Source of the DNA: an uncultured Bacteroidales bacterium
GTDB taxonomy: Bacteria; Bacteroidota; Bacteroidia; Bacteroidales; Bacteroidaceae
Direction of reading: 5' to 3'
NCBI GenBank assembly: GCA_902774275.1
Contig: CACYHN010000010.1
Span: 7,074 to 71,073 of the forward strand
DNA length: 64,000 nt
Shown here: one piece after another, positions 20,488-29,128 of the stretch
Position numbering within the stretch: the first letter of the stretch is position 1
How the letters are laid out: the number at the start of each line of letters is the position of its first letter
Position numbers and translations under genes: made by a program
Notes under the pieces: model-generated
Told to the model about the DNA's origin: nothing
Seen by the model: only the letters and a program-made list of their open reading frames with translations
The model's database searches: none

Positions 20488-23400
20488 ATGAAAAGACTGG
20501 TTAGTTGGGCGGTCAGGAATCCGGTCACTGTCACTATGGCGGTGCTGGCCATTCTGCTGCTCGGAAAGATATCATATGACAGGCTGAGCGTGGAGCTGCT
20601 TCCAAGCATGAACAGCCCCCGCCTGTTTGTTGAGATAGACGCTGGCGAGCGTCCGCCAGAAGAGATTGAGAAACAGTTCGTGCGCAGCATGGAGTCTCAG
20701 ATTGCCCGTCAGAGTGACGTGCGCAATGTATCATCGGTAGTTAAGGTGGGTACAGCCAGACTGACGGTAGAGTACGCATGGAGAAAGAATATGGATGAGG
20801 CGTTCCTGGATCTGGAGAAGGCCATGAGCAGTTTCTCTCAGGACAGCCGTGTGACAGACCTCAGAATCTCCCAGAAGGATCCTACCACTGCTCCCATAAT
20901 GATAATAGGTTTCTCCAATCCGGATATCGCCGATATGGCCGAGCTCCGCAAGGTGGCTGACTCATATGTGTGCAATGAACTGATGAGGGTTGAGGGTGTG
21001 GCTGATGTGTCACTGGCAGGCGATGAGTTTACCAACTTGGTGATAGAGGCTGATCCTTACAAACTGCAGGCTTTTGGCATAACCGTTGAGAACATATCGT
21101 CACGTATCCAGGAGAACAACCAGAGGGTATCGGGCGGAAGGATAACGGAACAGGGTTACCAGTATCTTGTGACCGGTTCAAATACGCTGACTGATGAGAC
21201 TGCATTCGGTAATATCATAGTAGGATACAAGAATACCGAGTCTGCACAGCCGGGAGCGCAGCAGGTGGGTGAGTTTGCATCGGCAAGCATGGCACCTATC
21301 TATCTGCGTGACGTGGCAACCATACACTTTGAGAACCGTGAACCGGAGAACATTGTAAGGGTTAACGGCAACCGCAGTATTGGCATCTCTGTATTCAAGG
21401 AGATGGATTACAATACTGTAAAGGCTGTTGAAGGTATAAAGACCAGTCTTACCAAGATACAGAAGTCGCTGCCCGGATATGATTTCAGGATAATAAGTGA
21501 CCAGGCCACTTTCATTAACGATTCAATAGGTGAGGTCAAGAACAGCGCCATGCTGGGTATCCTGCTGGCGGTGATAGTACTGTTCGTGTTCCTGCGCAGG
21601 GTGGGGACAACCCTTATCGTGGCCGTTTCAATACCTGTTTCCATAATAGCCACTTTCAACCTGATGTTCTTTAGCGGACTTACCATTAACATCCTTACGT
21701 TGGGAGGTCTTGCGCTTGGAGCGGGTATGCTGGTGGATAATGCCATTGTGGTTATCGAGAGTATATTCAGGAATCAGGAACGCGGCCTTTCAGTGCGTGA
21801 TGCCGCAATTACAGGTACATCTGAGGTGGGTGGTGCCGTATCGGCATCAACTCTTACTACCATTGTGGTATTCCTGCCTATAGTCTATCTGCACGGTGCT
21901 ACGGGTGAACTTTTCAAGGATGAGGCGTGGACTGTTACGTTCTCACTTCTCTCATCACTGTTTGTAGCTATCCTGGTGATACCTACGCTGTATGAGCGTA
22001 TATTCGGCAGGAAGAAGGTTGCTCCGCTCAAGAACTTCAGTTCAGTGAACATAAAGGGGTACTCTTCATTCCTTAAGAAACTTGTGGAGAAGCGTTGGTG
22101 GGTGATCTTGTGCTCAGTAATCCTGGTGGCAGGAACCATATTCCTGCTGCCTTATGTGGGTACCGAGTTCATGCCCAAGACTGATGCCAATACCATAAAC
22201 GTGAAGATCCGTATGGCTGAAGGTACAAGCCTGGACCGTACGTCATCTACCCTTGAGAACCTGGAGAATCTGGTGTTTGACCTGTCTGAGGATCCTGAGT
22301 GTGTGATATACACTCATGTGGGACCGGGTGCATCGGCACAGAACATGGATTTTGAGGGTGAGAATACTGCTACCATGAAGATTCAGCTCTCTAACGCGTC
22401 AGCAGTTTCTCCTGATTATCTCACGGAGGTGCTGGCTGCCTATATAGACGGCGTGGAGGGTATGGAACTTTCATTTACCCAGGATGACAACTCGCTGGGT
22501 TCACTGATGGGTACTGAGGATGCTCCTCTTGTAGTTGAGATAAAGGGTGAGGATCTGGATCTGCTGGCTTCACTGACAGATCAGGTTAAAGCTGCTGTTG
22601 ACTCAATTGACTGCCTGTATAATGTTGAGAGCTCGCTGGCTGGCGGTGCACCTGAAATCATCATCACGGTTGACCGTGCCCTGGCCGGTATGAACAACAT
22701 AAACGTATCAACCATAATCACACAGATACAGCAGCACTTGGCCGGTCGTGAAGCCGGACAGATGGACTACAAGGGTGATATGAGAGATATCAGCATCAAG
22801 GTTCCGGGCGTGTCTCTGGCAGACCTTAACAGTATGGTCATAACATCGGGCCAGAAGGATTTCCGTCTTGTTGAGCTGGCCCAGATAAGTGAGAGTACTG
22901 CACCAAAGGAGATTTATCGTCTCAATCAGAACCGTGTGACACGCGTTACGGCCGATATCGATGAGTCAGTATCACTTGATAAAGCTGCTCAGAGAGTAAG
23001 AGACGCCGTATCAGGAATAGAACTGCCGCAGAACTACTCCATTAACGTGACAGGTGAGGAGGAGCGCCGAGCAGAGTCCATGAATAGCCTACTGTTGGCA
23101 CTCGTGCTCTCTATCGTGCTGGTATATATGGTCATGGCATCGCAGTTTGAATCACTGCTGCATCCGTTTACCATCCTCCTTACCATTCCTCTGGCTTTGG
23201 TGGGCGCGGTACTGATGTTCCTCATCACAGGTATAACGGTGAATATCATGGGTATCATAGGTATGGTGATGCTGGCCGGTATCGCGGTAAACAACTCCAT
23301 CATCCTGGTGGACCGTATAGGACAGCTCAAGGAGTCAGGTCTGAGCCTTACCGATGCCATAGCAGAGGCAGGGCAGCAGCGTATCCGTCCTATCCTGATG

Positions 23401-23589
23401 ACCAGTCTTACCACAATCCTGGCACTTGTGCCAATGGCACTCGGACTGGGTGATGGCGCATCACTGAGTTCACCTATGGCAATTGCCGTGATAGGCGGTC
23501 TTTTCACTTCAACTCTTTTGAGTCTGGTTGTGATACCTTGTGTTTATTATGTATTTGAAAGCGCCAAAATAAGAATCACTGGAAAGTAA
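20488..23589 (+). CDS. Efflux RND transporter permease subunit (AcrB/AcrD/AcrF superfamily), paralog 1
   Basis: 1033 aa with 12-TM AcrB architecture. The TM4 motif is GAGMLVDNAIVVIE, the TM10 motif is AGIAVNNSIILVD, and the TM11 region is RIRPILMTSLTT. Confidence 0.92.
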   Translation: MKRLVSWAVRNPVTVTMAVLAILLLGKISYDRLSVELLPSMNSPRLFVEIDAGERPPEEIEKQFVRSMESQIARQSDVRNVSSVVKVGTARLTVEYAWRKNMDEAFLDLEKAMSSFSQDSRVTDLRISQKDPTTAPIMIIGFSNPDIADMAELRKVADSYVCNELMRVEGVADVSLAGDEFTNLVIEADPYKLQAFGITVENISSRIQENNQRVSGGRITEQGYQYLVTGSNTLTDETAFGNIIVGYKNTESAQPGAQQVGEFASASMAPIYLRDVATIHFENREPENIVRVNGNRSIGISVFKEMDYNTVKAVEGIKTSLTKIQKSLPGYDFRIISDQATFINDSIGEVKNSAMLGILLAVIVLFVFLRRVGTTLIVAVSIPVSIIATFNLMFFSGLTINILTLGGLALGAGMLVDNAIVVIESIFRNQERGLSVRDAAITGTSEVGGAVSASTLTTIVVFLPIVYLHGATGELFKDEAWTVTFSLLSSLFVAILVIPTLYERIFGRKKVAPLKNFSSVNIKGYSSFLKKLVEKRWWVILCSVILVAGTIFLLPYVGTEFMPKTDANTINVKIRMAEGTSLDRTSSTLENLENLVFDLSEDPECVIYTHVGPGASAQNMDFEGENTATMKIQLSNASAVSPDYLTEVLAAYIDGVEGMELSFTQDDNSLGSLMGTEDAPLVVEIKGEDLDLLASLTDQVKAAVDSIDCLYNVESSLAGGAPEIIITVDRALAGMNNINVSTIITQIQQHLAGREAGQMDYKGDMRDISIKVPGVSLADLNSMVITSGQKDFRLVELAQISESTAPKEIYRLNQNRVTRVTADIDESVSLDKAAQRVRDAVSGIELPQNYSINVTGEEERRAESMNSLLLALVLSIVLVYMVMASQFESLLHPFTILLTIPLALVGAVLMFLITGITVNIMGIIGMVMLAGIAVNNSIILVDRIGQLKESGLSLTDAIAEAGQQRIRPILMTSLTTILALVPMALGLGDGASLSSPMAIAVIGGLFTSTLLSLVVIPCVYYVFESAKIRITGK

Positions 23590-26500
23590 TGAAGTCATTT
23601 ATTGACAGAAGGGTAACTATCTGCATGCTTCTGGTGGCGCTCACGCTGCTGGGCTATTTCTCGTACAAGCAGTTGCCGGTTGAGTTGCTGCCCAATACTG
23701 AGTTGCCTCAGCTTTATATTACCGCCTCGTCCAGAAGTGACCTCACTCCGTCTTATATGGAGCAGCAGGTGGTAATCCCGCTTGAAGGAGCCATAAGCGC
23801 TGTAGGTGGTGTGGAGAACATGGAATCAACGGTATCGGGCCGACAGGGTTCCATCAGGGTTGATTTCAAGAGAGGCACCAATCTCAAGATGACCACCGTG
23901 AAACTGCAGGAGAAGATAAGCTCCATACGGGGCGATTTTCCATCGGATGTCACGGTGAATGTCCAGCAGGCTAACCTCAATGGCATAAGTAACCAGTTCA
24001 TGTCACTGCAGGTGCGCGGATCAGGTGGTGTTGACCGTCTGAGAGCCATCGTTGACAAGGATGTGGTACCTCGTTTGGAGAGTATAGACGGCATAGCAGG
24101 TGTAACTGTTTATGGTGGTCGTGTCAAATCCATAGAGATACGCTCCAACCCGGAGGCTATGCAGGCATTGCACATATCCAATGCACAGATAAGCCAGGCA
24201 TTGAGCCAGTATAATCAGGAGCGTACTTTCCTGGGCTTTATAAGTGAGCCTGACAAAAAATACTATGTGCAGCTTGACGCCAACTATGATGATGTGTCAC
24301 AGGTGGAGAACCTGGTGGTTGCCAATGGACCTGTATACCTTAAGAATGTGGCCACGGTGTTCTTTGACTATAAGGAAGAGACTACCATAAGCCGTGTTAA
24401 CGGTATGGATGCCATCTCCGTATCTTTGGTCAACGGTGCCGGAGAGAATCTTCTTGAACTCTCCAATAGAGCCCTTAAGCGTATTGATGAGATAAACCGT
24501 GAAGTGGCCAACCAGGATTTGCAGCTTGTGGTGCAGTCAAACTCGGCAGACCAGATAAGCAACAACATATCACAGATAGTCAAATTGGCTTTGATGGGTG
24601 GTATGCTGGCTATTCTGGTGCTCTGGTTTTTCCTGCGCAACCTGAGTCTGGTATTCTTTATTGCATTGTCAATACCTGTCTCAATATTATCGGCATTCAA
24701 TGTATTTTATGCTGCAGATATATCCATAAACACCCTTACCCTTATAGGTATGGCGCTGGCTATAGGTATGTTGTTGGATAGCAGTATAGTTGTGCTGGAG
24801 AACATATACCGTCTGGCTTCCATGGGAATGCCGCCGCGATTGGCGGCTCTGCAGGGCGTAAAGGAGGTGCGTAAGGCGCTCTTGGCATCAACACTTACTA
24901 CAATAACTGTGTTCCTGCCGTTTGTGTTCTCTGATGAGCCGATGATCAAACTATTGGGTAGGAATATAGGCTTTTCAATCATCTCTACGCTGATATTCTC
25001 ACTCTTGGTGGCTGTAACGTTCATACCTATGGCAACTGCTGCCATGATGGAACGCGGCGGAGGCGGCAACAGCGTCTTCTTCCGTAAGATGTCCATTCAT
25101 GACCGTCCGCTGCAGATGTATTCAACGCTGCTCAAGACCTGTCTGCGCAAGCCCGGACCAACGGTCGGCACTGCGGTTGCCGTTCTGGTTATTGCATTCA
25201 TATTCGCTCTGTCGCGCAATACCGGTCAGAACCGTCAGGTGGACAGTGACAGGATCAATATCAACATCACCATGCCAAGCGGCAGCACTCTTGATGATAC
25301 TGATGAGGCGACGGCAACTCTTGAGTCACGTTTGGATAGCCTGCCTCAGAAAAAGGATGTGATAAGCCGCATTCAGGAAGATCAGGCCTCAATTACCTTG
25401 ACTCTACAGGATGGTTATAACAAAAAGGGTGGTGTAACCATAAGCCAACTTGTTGAACAGCTGAGTGATGAGCTTACTCTTGATGGCGATATAGACGTGC
25501 GTGTTACTCCAGGCTATGCCCGTGGAAACCAGAGTGCATCAGGACTCAGTTCACTGACACGTTTCATGAGCGTTCTGGGCGTGGGTGACAATACGGAGAG
25601 AATAGTTGTCAAGGGTTCTGATACCGAGACCATGCGTGTGGTTTCCAATAACCTAAGGTATTATCTGGAACAGTTGGAGTTTGTTCGTGACGTTAGGGTT
25701 GACAATCCCGGTGGACGTCGTGAGGTACAGCTTACCTTTGATCCTGTAGCGTTGGCATCATACAATATCACCAACCAGGCAATTACACAGGCTCTGGGTT
25801 CCCTGAACCGTACCACCAGTACCGGTACCAGCTTCAAGGTGGGTACTGATGAGTATGACATTGTCATAATGGATGATATCACTGAGGAAGAGGAGGAGAT
25901 GGCACGCTGGGAGAAAACCATGGATGACCTGCGTCGTGTCATTGTTACTGATGCAAACGGCGGTACTCATGAGCTGCAGCAGATAGCAAGCATCCGCCTG
26001 AGCCGTGGCCCGTCGGAAGTAAGGCGTGTTAACCGTGACCGCCGTGTAAATGTAACATACGCCATTTCGCAGAGTGAGGATCTGCCTAAAGATGTGCTTG
26101 ATGATTATCATGACCAAATTGATGACCTGATAGCCAATTACAACCTGCCTTCAGGCCTGGCTCTTGAGGTTCAGCGCGGTGATGACTCTACCAGTGAGTT
26201 CAAGTTCCTGATATTGGCATCTATCATACTGATATTCATGATACTGGCATCGGCCTTTGAGTCACTTACCACACCTCTGGTACTGCTGTTCTCCATACCG
26301 TTGGCAGCCATTGGCTCATTGCTGGCGCTGCTGCTGTCAGGCAACAGCCTGATGAATGCCAATACCCTGACTGGATTCCTTATCCTGCTGGGTATAGTGG
26401 TTAACAACGGTATCATCCTGATAGACTACTCATCTACATTACGCCGCAGAGGCTATGGCCGTATGAGAGCTATCATGACCAGCGGTTATTCACGTCTCAG

Positions 26501-28286
26501 GCCTATCTGCATAACCACCATCACTACCATCGTTACGCTTATTCCCATGGCTATGGGTGATGATGAGTATGCCGGTGCCATAGGCGCTCCGTTTGCGCTT
26601 ACCGTAATAGGCGGACTCACGTTCTCTGCCATACTTACACTGCTGCTCATACCTACGCTCTACATATCATTTGAGAATATGAGGGCCTGGTATAAGGGCT
26701 TGGGCCGCTATACCCATATCCTGCATGCCATATTGTTCATTGTGGGTCTGATAGTGATCTTTACAAGTGTGGACGGAGTGTTCATGATACTTCTTTATAT
26801 AATCATTCTGTCTGTTGCCATTCCTGGAGTGACATATTTCATAAAGAGCTCTGTAAGGATAGCACGTAAGGATATCGTAAAGGAGAATGAGCCTATTGTC
26901 ATTGAGGTGCGTAACCTTGTCAAGGTATATGACTGGTACAGCCTGTTCCTGCGCCAGTGGCGTAGCGGACTGAACATACGCCGCAGGTTAGGGCTTTCAC
27001 GCAGCTTCCATCACGCAAAGGATTTTATAAGCCTGTTGTGGCAGGTTGTGGTGTTCGGATATACAGGATATCTGGCCGGATGGTACTTTGAGAAGGAGTT
27101 CTGGATACTGCTTATGACCATCATTACGCTGGCTGGCATAAACAATATACTTAAGGCTGTTCTGGAGTATATTGGATACAAGTTCAAGAGTGGAGCAAGA
27201 GCAGTATTAATTATAAAGAAGATTCTCTACTGGGCATTGCCGATATGTGCAATGATATTCCTCAGCCACAAGATTGAGAGCAAGGGATTCATGGTCTTCA
27301 TTGCGGTTGTCTGGATTCTTGGACTCTGCATCCGCAAGACATCTGACTATCTCTATGCAAACAATATAAACGTGGAGCGTCTTAAGGGTGAGACCGCCGG
27401 AATGCGTCGGGCATGGTTCGTGTTCGTTAAGAGCATTCCTATCATCGGCAAACGCAAGAAACCGTTCAAGGCTCTGCGTGGCGTCACGTTTGAGATTCAC
27501 AGCGGTATGTTCGGCTTGCTTGGCCCCAATGGAGCCGGTAAATCCACGTTCATGCGCATAGTTACCGGTATCCTGCGCCAAAGCTACGGAACGGTGTTCA
27601 TCAACGGCATGGATACCCTCAAGTACAGGGAGGAGTTGCAGAGCCTTATCGGATTCCTGCCTCAGGAGTTCGGTATGTATGAGTCCATGAGCGCGTGGGA
27701 TTTCCTCAACTATCAGGCTATCCTTAAGGGTATTACTGATGAGAAAACGCGTCGTGAGAGACTGGAGTACGTGCTTACATCGGTACATATGTATGAACAG
27801 CGTAACTCTGAGATAGGTTCATTCTCCGGCGGTATGAAGCAGCGCATAGGCATTGCACTCATCCTGCTTAACCTGCCGCGGATCCTTGTGGTCGATGAGC
27901 CTACTGCAGGTCTTGATCCAAGAGAGCGCATCAGGTTCCGTAACCTGCTGGTTGAGTTGAGCCGTGACCGTATAGTGATATTCTCTACCCATATCATTGA
28001 GGATATAGCCAGCTCATGTAATCAGGTTGTGGTCATTGAAAAGGGCTCGCTCAAGTATTTTGGCCTGCCTTCTGAGATGATAAATCTGGCTAAGGACAAG
28101 GTATGGCTGTTTGACATTGAGGCATCACGCTTAGCTGAGCTGGATGAGAAGCTTATTGCAAATCATATCCAGGATGGTGACAAGATCAAGGTGCGTTACA
28201 TATCGCCAGTATGCCCATGGCCTGGTGCTGAGCTTGCTGAGCCAAACCTTGAGGATGCATACCTATGCTTATTGAAAAACCTTTAA
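23589..28286 (+). CDS. Chimeric protein: complete RND permease (aa ~1-1040) + 2 TM helices + ABC nucleotide-binding domain split by a ~180-aa insertion of about 4 TM helices
   Basis: One uninterrupted 1565-codon ORF; its ATG overlaps the upstream TAA by 1 nt. RND motifs are AIGMLLDSSIVVLEN, LGIVVNNGIILID and RLRPICITT. NBD motifs are IVIEVRNLVKVY (beta1), GPNGAGKST, FSGGMKQR, ILVVDEPT and STHI. Confidence 0.8.
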   Translation: MKSFIDRRVTICMLLVALTLLGYFSYKQLPVELLPNTELPQLYITASSRSDLTPSYMEQQVVIPLEGAISAVGGVENMESTVSGRQGSIRVDFKRGTNLKMTTVKLQEKISSIRGDFPSDVTVNVQQANLNGISNQFMSLQVRGSGGVDRLRAIVDKDVVPRLESIDGIAGVTVYGGRVKSIEIRSNPEAMQALHISNAQISQALSQYNQERTFLGFISEPDKKYYVQLDANYDDVSQVENLVVANGPVYLKNVATVFFDYKEETTISRVNGMDAISVSLVNGAGENLLELSNRALKRIDEINREVANQDLQLVVQSNSADQISNNISQIVKLALMGGMLAILVLWFFLRNLSLVFFIALSIPVSILSAFNVFYAADISINTLTLIGMALAIGMLLDSSIVVLENIYRLASMGMPPRLAALQGVKEVRKALLASTLTTITVFLPFVFSDEPMIKLLGRNIGFSIISTLIFSLLVAVTFIPMATAAMMERGGGGNSVFFRKMSIHDRPLQMYSTLLKTCLRKPGPTVGTAVAVLVIAFIFALSRNTGQNRQVDSDRININITMPSGSTLDDTDEATATLESRLDSLPQKKDVISRIQEDQASITLTLQDGYNKKGGVTISQLVEQLSDELTLDGDIDVRVTPGYARGNQSASGLSSLTRFMSVLGVGDNTERIVVKGSDTETMRVVSNNLRYYLEQLEFVRDVRVDNPGGRREVQLTFDPVALASYNITNQAITQALGSLNRTTSTGTSFKVGTDEYDIVIMDDITEEEEEMARWEKTMDDLRRVIVTDANGGTHELQQIASIRLSRGPSEVRRVNRDRRVNVTYAISQSEDLPKDVLDDYHDQIDDLIANYNLPSGLALEVQRGDDSTSEFKFLILASIILIFMILASAFESLTTPLVLLFSIPLAAIGSLLALLLSGNSLMNANTLTGFLILLGIVVNNGIILIDYSSTLRRRGYGRMRAIMTSGYSRLRPICITTITTIVTLIPMAMGDDEYAGAIGAPFALTVIGGLTFSAILTLLLIPTLYISFENMRAWYKGLGRYTHILHAILFIVGLIVIFTSVDGVFMILLYIIILSVAIPGVTYFIKSSVRIARKDIVKENEPIVIEVRNLVKVYDWYSLFLRQWRSGLNIRRRLGLSRSFHHAKDFISLLWQVVVFGYTGYLAGWYFEKEFWILLMTIITLAGINNILKAVLEYIGYKFKSGARAVLIIKKILYWALPICAMIFLSHKIESKGFMVFIAVVWILGLCIRKTSDYLYANNINVERLKGETAGMRRAWFVFVKSIPIIGKRKKPFKALRGVTFEIHSGMFGLLGPNGAGKSTFMRIVTGILRQSYGTVFINGMDTLKYREELQSLIGFLPQEFGMYESMSAWDFLNYQAILKGITDEKTRRERLEYVLTSVHMYEQRNSEIGSFSGGMKQRIGIALILLNLPRILVVDEPTAGLDPRERIRFRNLLVELSRDRIVIFSTHIIEDIASSCNQVVVIEKGSLKYFGLPSEMINLAKDKVWLFDIEASRLAELDEKLIANHIQDGDKIKVRYISPVCPWPGAELAEPNLEDAYLCLLKNL

Positions 28287-28301
28287 AATGGAATTTGAAC
28301 T

Positions 28302-29018
28302 ATGTCAGCATTAGATACAGTTAAATCTTTCGGTAAGTTGTGCGGTTACAATATGAGGATCATATTTTCCGGCAAGTTCATCTGGTTCCTGCTGGTGGGC
28401 CTGGCCCTGTTTTTCTTCCTCATGTTCTCAGCAGCATCCAGAGGCACGGAGTTGAGTCACAGTATGGTTTACGGCCAGCTTACCATACCGGGCCTGCTGC
28501 TGGTGTTCTATCCGGCATGTTTCGGAATTCAGAATGATGCTGATCACCGTATCCTGGAACTCCTGTTCGGCATACCTAACTACATGTATAAGGTATGGCT
28601 GTTCCGCCTGGTGATGATATATGTGGAGGTATATCTAATTCTTGTGGTATACGCCTTCCTGGCCAGGATCCTGCTCTATCCGGTACAACCGTTCATAATG
28701 GCGGCGCACCTTATGATTCCGGTCATGCTGTTCGGTAACCTGGCATTCCTGTACTCAACGCTCATCCGCAACGGAAACGCTGCCGCCGTACTCTCTGTAC
28801 TCACGGTGATACTGGCGCTGATTCTTGGTAATACTCAGCTTGTTGAGAACAAGGTATGGGATGTAACCATAAACCCGTATGAGGAGCCGGAGAACATCAA
28901 TGCTGCCATCTGGAGCGTAATCCTGCTAAAGAACCGCATCCTCATGGTAGTAGCCGGCATCATCTTCCTGATGTCAGGCCTGCTAGGCCTACAGAACCGC
29001 GGCAAGTTCCTGGGATGA
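28302..29018 (+). CDS. Integral membrane protein, ABC-2-type permease-like (about 6 TM)
   Basis: 238 aa, very hydrophobic, with about six predicted helices. It is the last gene of the operon, 15 nt after the chimera. I recognised no specific family motif. Confidence 0.55.
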   Translation: MSALDTVKSFGKLCGYNMRIIFSGKFIWFLLVGLALFFFLMFSAASRGTELSHSMVYGQLTIPGLLLVFYPACFGIQNDADHRILELLFGIPNYMYKVWLFRLVMIYVEVYLILVVYAFLARILLYPVQPFIMAAHLMIPVMLFGNLAFLYSTLIRNGNAAAVLSVLTVILALILGNTQLVENKVWDVTINPYEEPENINAAIWSVILLKNRILMVVAGIIFLMSGLLGLQNRGKFLG

Positions 29019-29030
29019 AACTAAATAAAT

Positions 29031-29044
29031 TGAGAATTGAAAAT
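29031..29044. repeat. Heptamer units TTGAGAA-TTGAAAA (left arm of an inverted pair flanking the terminator)
   Basis: Read directly. The reverse complement ttttcaattctcaa matches 29115-29128 (ttttcaattttcaa) with one G.U-compatible difference. Confidence 0.7.
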
Positions 29045-29077
29045 GGCCATCCGGTGCGTAGAAGAGCCCGCGTCATT

Positions 29078-29110
29078 AAAAGACCTTCGGAATTTCTCCG
29101 AAGGTCTTTT
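29078..29110. terminator. Bidirectional intrinsic terminator between the convergent operon end (+) and purM (-)
   Basis: The 11-bp perfect stem is agaccttcgga (29081-29091) / tccgaaggtct (29097-29107) with loop atttc. It is flanked by aaa upstream and tttt downstream. Confidence 0.85.
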
Positions 29111-29114
29111 ATAA

Positions 29115-29128
29115 TTTTCAATTTTCAA
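29115..29128. repeat. Heptamer units TTTTCAA x2 (right arm of the inverted pair)
   Basis: Read directly; it immediately precedes the purM stop (29129-29131). Confidence 0.7.

Noticed and set aside
10885-29018. GH9 gene plus the downstream operon as a polysaccharide utilisation locus
   Set aside because: There is no SusC/SusD pair, hybrid two-component system or additional CAZymes. The GH9 gene has its own promoter box and the operon has a separate one. Any linkage is only speculative.
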